Position numbers and translations under genes: made by a program. A stretch of 64,000 bases of DNA, from contig CACXJZ010000005.1 of NCBI GenBank assembly GCA_902768105.1, positions 3,052 to 67,051 of the forward strand, read 5' to 3'. Positions 57,134 to 64,000 of this stretch are shown one piece after another; the first letter of the stretch is position 1; each line of letters opens with the position of its first letter. The DNA is from an uncultured Prevotellaceae bacterium (GTDB lineage Bacteria > Bacteroidota > Bacteroidia > Bacteroidales > Bacteroidaceae). Under the pieces are notes generated by a model. It saw only the letters and a program-made list of their open reading frames with translations. It had not been told where the DNA came from and made no database searches.

Positions 57134-58195
57134 TTACAGTTTTACGTTCACCGTTATCACCACTTTCGCCTTGTCGGGGTCATTGGTAATCATCAGCACA
57201 CGAGGTTTCGTACGTGCACGCTTCAGGTCCTTGGCAACGCCCGTAATCTTCAGTTTCGTACTCTCACCGGGTTTCAGCTGACGCTTTGAGAGCGTCACCT
57301 TCAGGCCAGGCGTGAACATCTGGAGTGCAGAGATCTGCAGCGTAGCCTGTCCGTTGTTGGTGAGGACTATCTCGTCCTTCACCTTCGAACGACCGTTGAA
57401 GTTGAAGTCCAGTTGCTCTGCCGACATCGTCAGCGAGGGATGCACACCCTGCGTTCCCTGTGCGGCAAACGACGGCAGCAAGACGGTCGATACACCAATG
57501 TCGTTATCCTTATTCACTTTGTCGCCCGGGTTCTGTGCCAGATAGATGGTCGTCTGCGTCAGACCATAGTCATGCAGCATTTCCGAATTCAGCGTAACCA
57601 CCATCGTGCCACCTCTGCCGGGTGCTAGTTGCTGCGGAGCCATCGTCGCTGTCAGATAGGAAGGCAGGTGCATCAGGTTTGGCTGACAAGTGGTAGTACC
57701 TGCATTATAGATATGTATCTCCTGCACAGGCTGGTCACCACGGTTCACGTCGTCAAACTCCAGTTCGTTACGGTCAATACGCAGGTCACCGATGCTGTAG
57801 TCGTAGCTACCGGCAAAGTCAGTAACCTCGGCCATCACCACGCCTTTCATCTTCAGGAACACGGGCTTGTCGGAGCCGTTGCTATAGACAGCAGCCTGCT
57901 TCACGTAATGACCCAGCTGACGCGAGTCGTAGGTCATCTTGATTTCAAACTTCTCGCCTCCGGCGATGTCCGTACGCGGATAGTCCACCGACGTACAGCC
58001 ACAGCTGACCTTCACGTCGCTGATGCGCAGCTTGCGCCGTCCAGAGTTTTCCAACTCAAACACAGCCGTTACAGGAATTTCATACCCTACAGGTCCACAG
58101 TTCACGTCGCCTGTAATTACATTCAGTTTCTGAGCCGAAGCTGGCAGTACGGCCAGCAACAGCAAGGGAATTATCAATTGTTTCTTCATAATCAT
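57134..58195 (-). CDS. DUF1573 Ig-like repeat secreted protein
   Basis: Signal peptide, VSCGCT motif, three Ig-like units. Confidence 0.85.
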   Translation of the reverse strand: MIMKKQLIIPLLLLAVLPASAQKLNVITGDVNCGPVGYEIPVTAVFELENSGRRKLRISDVKVSCGCTSVDYPRTDIAGGEKFEIKMTYDSRQLGHYVKQAAVYSNGSDKPVFLKMKGVVMAEVTDFAGSYDYSIGDLRIDRNELEFDDVNRGDQPVQEIHIYNAGTTTCQPNLMHLPSYLTATMAPQQLAPGRGGTMVVTLNSEMLHDYGLTQTTIYLAQNPGDKVNKDNDIGVSTVLLPSFAAQGTQGVHPSLTMSAEQLDFNFNGRSKVKDEIVLTNNGQATLQISALQMFTPGLKVTLSKRQLKPGESTKLKITGVAKDLKRARTKPRVLMITNDPDKAKVVITVNVKL

Positions 58196-61100
58196 TTCTG
58201 TACGTTAAATATGATTGACGGAGCCGTTGCGCGATATTCAGGAGCATAGGCACACTGGATGGTGCAAGTGCCCGTCTCGTAGGTGCCGGCACGGTCGATA
58301 TAGTATTCTGTCTCTATGACACGCTTGCCCTTCGGCAGCAGGTCGAAGTAGTAGTTCGTCGAGAAGTCCTTGGGCGAGCAGTAGGCACCATTGCGGTATC
58401 CGCTGAGCTGCTGCACGGGCTCCATGCAGGCGGCACGACGATCGAGTACCTGAACGAAGTCGAGGTCACGCTCACTCTCAATGGTGATGCGAACGCGGAT
58501 GCGGTCTCCGACCTTCAGGGTATTAGTTGTAAGCTGTTGGCCGTTGGCATCGAGCACCTCACGCTTGATGGTGATACCACTACCCGACTGCGCTATCTCG
58601 CTGACGGGCTGCATGAACTGTGCATAGACAGCGCCCCACGACGTACCCGTAGAAGTCTTCTTCGCCGTAAACTCACGTCCCTTCGGCTGGTCAATGGCGG
58701 TCTTCACATAGCCGATGCCGGCCGTTGCCTTCGGCAGTTCGATGGGACGTCCGTCGATGGCGAGCAGCGTCTTCTCCTGAGCGTCGAGCAGCTTCGTATT
58801 GTCGAAGAGGAAAGCATAGACGGCATTCACGCTGTTGATGGGCGTGTCCCAAGCCTGCGTACGCTTCTCCTGCAACAGCCATCGCTGCATTTCCTCCACG
58901 GTCTGCTCGTCCTGCGGCGTAATCATCTTCAGCGCCTCAATCGCCATCACCTCCGTCGGAATCTTGTAGTCGTACCATGAGTAGCCGGCACGCGGCGTGT
59001 CATAGTAGCGGCCTTTCTCCTCCGTAAAGACGGTGTATTCCTTCAGGCTCTGGGCATACTCCGCGCTGCGTTTCTTCTCTCCAATCTTCTGCAGGATGAT
59101 GGCCGACAGCGCCTTCTCGTATATCGTCTGGTTCTTGATGTCCTTCTTCATCTTGCCAATGAGGTAGTCGTTGGCCTTCTGCACATCCTTAGGCAACTGA
59201 CGACCGTCGAGGGCGCAGATATACAGATACTGCAGGGCCTTGAACGACGGGAAGCCGTAGTCCTTGCCGTTCTTCTTCTCCCACTTCTTCATCTCCTCGA
59301 CGTCCTCCACAATCTCCTTGCCCATGAAGCGGAAGGCAGCAGTCAGCATCGATGCTGTCTCCTGCTGTTTGCCGGCCATCACGTTCAGGCGCGTCAGCAT
59401 CTCTGCGATGCTTACCGTCATGTAGAAGCTACCTCTCATGCCTGGCCACCAACTCCATGAGCCGTCGCCGTTCTGCAGCGCACGCAGTTTCTTCGTAGCC
59501 TCCTCAATGCGACCGTCCATCGTGTTCTCGTCGAAGAAGTCTGCCAGCAGCAGCTTCTGCTCCGTCTCACGGTCGGCATCCACTACCCAGGGCGTTTCCT
59601 GCAGCAGGATGTCCTTCAGCTCCTCGTTCTTCGCCAGCTGAGCCGTCAGCGATCCGTCGCTGGCCGACTCGCGCTTCCACTGCTCAAACACCGTCTTGAT
59701 GTTGGTGCTCTGCTTGACGAGCGTGCGGGCTATGAGGTTCGAGTAGAGCCATGCTGCCTGGTCTATGGCGTTGTTCTCGAGCGGGTTACCCACTGAAGGC
59801 AATGCCTGTACCATGAGCCAGGCGGGGTTATTCGTATATTCCACCGTCAGCTTCTGCTGATGGGTGCCTGCTGGGAAGAGCTTGCCGATGTTGATGCTCG
59901 TCGTGCCCGGCTCATGCTGCGTGAAGGGAACGGTCACGGTGACGCGCTCCTCGTTGGGCAGTATGGGCAGGTAGTGCTGCTCACCGTCAGAGAAGTTCTT
60001 GCCTGAGGCAGATACCTGGCAGATGTAGAGCGTGGAGGATTGAGCAAGCGTTGACGGGTCGATGTCGAACGTTGCGATGGCCGTCTCACCAGCCTTCACG
60101 CTGAATGGTTTGCTCTGTTTCAGCACCACTTTCTGTGTCTCGGGGTCAAGCAGGCGCAGCATCGCTGTACCGCTGACAGCATGGTCCGAGGTATTGAAGA
60201 TACGTGCCATCAGTTGCGCCTTGTCGCCCATGCGGAGGAATCGCGGCATGTTGGGCTGAATCATCACTTCCTTCTGTGCCACAGCCTCTCCGCTGATGAA
60301 TCCGCTGTTCATATCCTGTGTCGTTGCAATACCCATGAAGCGCCATGTGGTCAGGCTCTCTGGCAGCGTAAACTTGATGGCGATGCGTCCCTCGCTGTCC
60401 GTTGTCAGCGTGGGATAGAAGAATGCCGTTTCGTTCAGGTTCTCACGCATCTGGACGCTACTCTCCTCATCGGCTGCAGGCTCGTCGTTGTCGGCTGCAG
60501 GCGCTGGCTCTGCCGCCCGTTCCTCTACCATCGGCTCTGCTGCCATCGCCATCACAACGGGACCTCCGTCTTCGGCCATGACGGCATTGCGCGACAGACG
60601 ACGCTTGGCAGTGCCGTAGCCCACGACGACTTCTTCCGAAGCATCCTCGTCGTAGTAGGAGAAGCCCAGCAGTCTCCAGCCGGTATAGTCGAAGTGGCTG
60701 AATTTCATGTCCTTCACCTCAAGGGGCTCCCACAGGTTCTTGGCCCTTCCATAGAGGCGACCCCAGCTGGAGCCTCCCCAGAGGGTGTAAGGCGTAGGTA
60801 CATATATATAAGGTGTAAACGACCAGTGGTGGCTATAGAGCTGTTCGAGCGACTTGTCGTACATCGTCGCCATGAGCTGTGCGTCTGCCGGCGTGCCGTC
60901 AGGGTTCGTCACCACGAGCTTCCACTCTTCCTTCTGACCAGGTGTCAGACGGTCGCGGAAGGTTTCCCAGCGCAACGTGAGCTTCTTGTCGGGCACAGGG
61001 CGCTTGATGGCCGCTTCGTGCGTATAGAGCTTGCCGTCCTTCATCCACGCAAAGGTGAGCAGCAGGCCCGTGCCGTACGCATCCTTGTAGGTGAACTTCT

Positions 61101-63732
61101 TGTTCCAGAGGGCGTTGCTCTGGTTCACGGCACCACTCTCTATGACGGTGTTACCCGCAATGATGCTATACACCATGTGCACGTTGTTGGCGCTGGAGCC
61201 TACCTGTACAGTGACGGGTGAGCCGTCGTTGGGGAACTGCGTAGCAGAGGCATAGAACCAGTCATCGGTCTCCGTGCAGGGTGTCGTATCGTCGAGGCTG
61301 AAGACCGTGAACTTCGTCTCAAGAGCGTCCTTCTCGCCCTCCGACGGAATGAGATTTGCCGTCAAGGTGTGGGCTCCGCTCTTCAGATCGGGCAGCTCGA
61401 TGGGTGTGCCGGCCTTTACAGTCTTCCACTCGGTATTGTCAAGGTTATATTTCACCTCACCCTCAATCTCGTTTCCTGCCGCATTGCACAGATGGAAGGT
61501 AAAGGTCTTCTGTTCCTCCTTCAGCACCTGTTCAGACAGGTCGCAGGTCAGCACCTTCTCACGGGTGCCCAAAGGCACGCTGGTGCTTCCTGTATGGCTC
61601 TCGCCTGCCTGGTCGGTAACGTCCGTTTCCACCACAAAGTGATAGAACATAGGGCGCTCAGGGTCAACACCGTAAGGCAGCTGCAGGGGCACATCGACGC
61701 TGAACCGTCCGTTCGCGTCCGTCACCAGCTCGCCCGTCTTGATGGTGGTGTCATCGTTTCCGTGACCTATGTAGCCCTGATTCCAGTAACGGCTGTAGCT
61801 CAGCCACCAGTAGGCCACGCGGCGCTTCACCGTGTATTTCACCGTAGCGCCCTGGATGCCCACGCCGGCATACGAGCGGGCCTGACCCTTTACGGTCAGC
61901 GTGTCGCCTGCCTTGTAGGTCTCCGTCACGTCGTCGAACAGCACCTCGTATGTAGGCCGCTTGTATTCCTCTACGCGGAAATACTGTCGCGTGCTACCCG
62001 TCTCAATGCTGTAACGGCCAGTCAGTCGGCCTGTGGGCAGCACAAACTCTACCGAAGCCTTACCGTACTTGTCTGTCGTTACCGTCTTCTCCTCAACCAC
62101 CTTGTAGTTGGCGTCACGCAGACGTAACGTCACCTCCTGGTCGGCCACAGCCTGCGTATTGATGTATTCCGTCGTCTCGTGCACCAGCGCAGCCACGAAG
62201 ACCGTCTGTCCGGGACGGTAGATGCTGCGGTCGGTATAGAGGTTCGTCTGTGTGTGCTTCGAGAAGGGCGACAAGCGCGAGCCGCGAATGGAGTGTGACG
62301 TCGGGCAGTAGCCTCTGTCCCCGTCCGTATAGGCATACACGCGTCGCAGCATCCTGCCGCTGTAGAACGTTTCTCCGTCAGCGTCACACGTCAGCTCCTT
62401 GTCGTCCAACTCCAGCTTCGCACCACTCACGGGCTGTCCCGTCCGGCTATCTACCACCACGAAGCGCACTTTCTCATTGGGCAACGGCTCGTTCATCACA
62501 AACAGGTTGCTGACGTAGAGCAGGTGGTGCGTGGTCAGGCTGCTGGCTTTGGGCTGTCGGCTGTTAGCCTCAAGCTCTATGACATAGACGCCTAAGGGCA
62601 ACTGACCAATGGTCATCGAGTCGTCAAACTCCTCGTGGGGAGCGCGACCTGTGTAGTTGTGCGTCTGCGTCAGTTCCGGCAGCAGCGTCAGGTGTTTCTT
62701 CACGTTCTTCCAGTCGTCCTCGTCGTCAATGTCCAGCTCTGATGCCTGTCGTCCGTTGTACGTGGTCTTGTAGATACGCATCGTCAGACTTGCCACGTTG
62801 CGCAGGTCCTCAATCTCCACCTGCTGCGTCGCCGTGCTGTTCACCAGCTCCCTGCCGATGCTTACCTCAAACTGCGGGTTGGTCATCTGCTGTTCCTCGT
62901 TACGCAGCTGGTTCATGCGCGGCCATTTCTGCCAGCGGGCCGTCGCCTCGTGGATGTAGCTCAGTCGCTCTGCCTCTGTGGCACGACCGTATCTGCCCAT
63001 GTAGTAATATCGCTCAATGGCGAGCTCGCCACTCACGTCGAGGTCACCGTACTCACGAATCAGCGAGTCAATCTTCGCAATGTAGGGTGCCTGCTTCCAG
63101 TCGCTCGTGTAGGGGCGGTCCTGCTGCATCTCCCACAGCGCACTCAGACAGGCTGCCGGACGGTTGCCCTGAGCCACGTACTGCCGGTGCATCTCGCTGT
63201 ACGTGACGAGCGTACGTCCTATCAGGCTCAGCAGGTCGTCGCCGAAGTAGCGGCTGTCCTTAGCCTTCACCACGTAAGGCTCGAAGGTCTTGGCCTTCGT
63301 GCGGGCCAGCAGCGCAGGGTCGGCCAGCGCCATCTCTCGGTACTCCTTCGCAAGGATGCTCGACGAGTCGCCCAGTTGGTAACTGTTCTCGTTGTAGAGA
63401 CGGGCCAGCACCGTTGCATAGACGGCACGCAAAGCACCGTCCTGTGTCACGCGCAGGTCCTGCTCCATGCGGCCCACCCAGGGCTTCAGCGAGTCGGGCG
63501 CCACCTCACACTGCATTTCGAGTGCCGTCAGCTGCGCCTTCAGCAGATGTCCGTACTGTCGTTCCTTGCGCGCCTTCGTCACAATCTGCTGTGCGTGTTT
63601 GATGACCTGCTGCGGAAGATCCTTCTCGCGGGCCTCTTCCACCTGCTTCCATAACTGCTTATAACTCTGTCCGAATAGCATCGTCGGTATCGTTAATATC
63701 ATAAACAATGCAATGCATAATGCCTTTTTCAT
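58192..63732 (-). CDS. Bacteroidota-type alpha-2-macroglobulin
   Basis: TDRSIYRPGQTV, FRVEEYKRP, RENLNETAFFYP, LPESLTTW, LQNGDGSWSWW, CAYAPEY. Confidence 0.92.
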   Translation of the reverse strand: MKKALCIALFMILTIPTMLFGQSYKQLWKQVEEAREKDLPQQVIKHAQQIVTKARKERQYGHLLKAQLTALEMQCEVAPDSLKPWVGRMEQDLRVTQDGALRAVYATVLARLYNENSYQLGDSSSILAKEYREMALADPALLARTKAKTFEPYVVKAKDSRYFGDDLLSLIGRTLVTYSEMHRQYVAQGNRPAACLSALWEMQQDRPYTSDWKQAPYIAKIDSLIREYGDLDVSGELAIERYYYMGRYGRATEAERLSYIHEATARWQKWPRMNQLRNEEQQMTNPQFEVSIGRELVNSTATQQVEIEDLRNVASLTMRIYKTTYNGRQASELDIDDEDDWKNVKKHLTLLPELTQTHNYTGRAPHEEFDDSMTIGQLPLGVYVIELEANSRQPKASSLTTHHLLYVSNLFVMNEPLPNEKVRFVVVDSRTGQPVSGAKLELDDKELTCDADGETFYSGRMLRRVYAYTDGDRGYCPTSHSIRGSRLSPFSKHTQTNLYTDRSIYRPGQTVFVAALVHETTEYINTQAVADQEVTLRLRDANYKVVEEKTVTTDKYGKASVEFVLPTGRLTGRYSIETGSTRQYFRVEEYKRPTYEVLFDDVTETYKAGDTLTVKGQARSYAGVGIQGATVKYTVKRRVAYWWLSYSRYWNQGYIGHGNDDTTIKTGELVTDANGRFSVDVPLQLPYGVDPERPMFYHFVVETDVTDQAGESHTGSTSVPLGTREKVLTCDLSEQVLKEEQKTFTFHLCNAAGNEIEGEVKYNLDNTEWKTVKAGTPIELPDLKSGAHTLTANLIPSEGEKDALETKFTVFSLDDTTPCTETDDWFYASATQFPNDGSPVTVQVGSSANNVHMVYSIIAGNTVIESGAVNQSNALWNKKFTYKDAYGTGLLLTFAWMKDGKLYTHEAAIKRPVPDKKLTLRWETFRDRLTPGQKEEWKLVVTNPDGTPADAQLMATMYDKSLEQLYSHHWSFTPYIYVPTPYTLWGGSSWGRLYGRAKNLWEPLEVKDMKFSHFDYTGWRLLGFSYYDEDASEEVVVGYGTAKRRLSRNAVMAEDGGPVVMAMAAEPMVEERAAEPAPAADNDEPAADEESSVQMRENLNETAFFYPTLTTDSEGRIAIKFTLPESLTTWRFMGIATTQDMNSGFISGEAVAQKEVMIQPNMPRFLRMGDKAQLMARIFNTSDHAVSGTAMLRLLDPETQKVVLKQSKPFSVKAGETAIATFDIDPSTLAQSSTLYICQVSASGKNFSDGEQHYLPILPNEERVTVTVPFTQHEPGTTSINIGKLFPAGTHQQKLTVEYTNNPAWLMVQALPSVGNPLENNAIDQAAWLYSNLIARTLVKQSTNIKTVFEQWKRESASDGSLTAQLAKNEELKDILLQETPWVVDADRETEQKLLLADFFDENTMDGRIEEATKKLRALQNGDGSWSWWPGMRGSFYMTVSIAEMLTRLNVMAGKQQETASMLTAAFRFMGKEIVEDVEEMKKWEKKNGKDYGFPSFKALQYLYICALDGRQLPKDVQKANDYLIGKMKKDIKNQTIYEKALSAIILQKIGEKKRSAEYAQSLKEYTVFTEEKGRYYDTPRAGYSWYDYKIPTEVMAIEALKMITPQDEQTVEEMQRWLLQEKRTQAWDTPINSVNAVYAFLFDNTKLLDAQEKTLLAIDGRPIELPKATAGIGYVKTAIDQPKGREFTAKKTSTGTSWGAVYAQFMQPVSEIAQSGSGITIKREVLDANGQQLTTNTLKVGDRIRVRITIESERDLDFVQVLDRRAACMEPVQQLSGYRNGAYCSPKDFSTNYYFDLLPKGKRVIETEYYIDRAGTYETGTCTIQCAYAPEYRATAPSIIFNVQK

Positions 63733-63952
63733 ATGCTACACTTTATTTATATAGATTGCAAAGATACAAACTTATTCATTATTCTCATTCCATTCTTCAT
63801 ATTTTTTTCGTATCTTTGCAACATATTTAGTAATTTTTAGTTCACTACCCTACATCGTCATTTTTCTACCCGAATGTTTGGCTGTTTCAAATAATCATCG
63901 TATCTTTGCATCATCAACCTGTAGTGCAAAAGGAAGCAAAGTAGCATAGGAA

Positions 63953-64000
63953 TTCCCCGACCGCAGCAAACGGTTTCCCCGCTCGCGGCAAACAATTTCC
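63953..64000. repeat. 22-bp tandem repeat, truncated at the window end
   Basis: ttccccgaccgcagcaaacggt ttccccgctcgcggcaaacaat ttcc. Confidence 0.7.

Noticed and set aside
58192-63732. Alpha-2-macroglobulin without lipobox, CxEQ thioester or adjacent pbpC
   Set aside because: Thioester-less forms are known among bacterial alpha-2-macroglobulins; not judged novel.

Overview
64 kb of chromosomal backbone from a Bacteroidota bacterium, most likely Prevotella/Prevotellaceae (TAnnTTTG promoters, SusC/SusD pair, T9SS cargo, fused MurF-Alr). It holds about 47 genes. Housekeeping: pepD, corA, rsfS, ftsH, cdsA, rpsO, folK, queA, truB, uppP, ftsX, tadA, dnaG, cls, murF-alr, typA, clpB, ispH, meaB and tRNA-Gln(CTG). 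Also present: a D/L-lactate utilisation cluster, a RagAB-like locus with a C10 protease, mtnN/luxS, an alpha-2-macroglobulin and a CapRel-like RelA/SpoT protein. No transposase, integrase or CRISPR array was seen. The main signal is below gene scale. (1) A dispersed family of about 35-80 bp purine/pyrimidine double-hairpin elements sits in frame inside core genes (dnaG, cls, murF-alr, clpB, ispH, the 3' end of meaB, an MFS gene) and adds related Pro/Ser/Gly peptides. (2) Degenerate 7-9 bp tandem repeats occur both between genes and in frame in many proteins. (3) An exact 49-bp inverted copy of DUF349 coding sequence interrupts a secreted-protein gene 1.85 kb away. Gene identities come from motif recognition and alignments were done by eye; no database searches were run.
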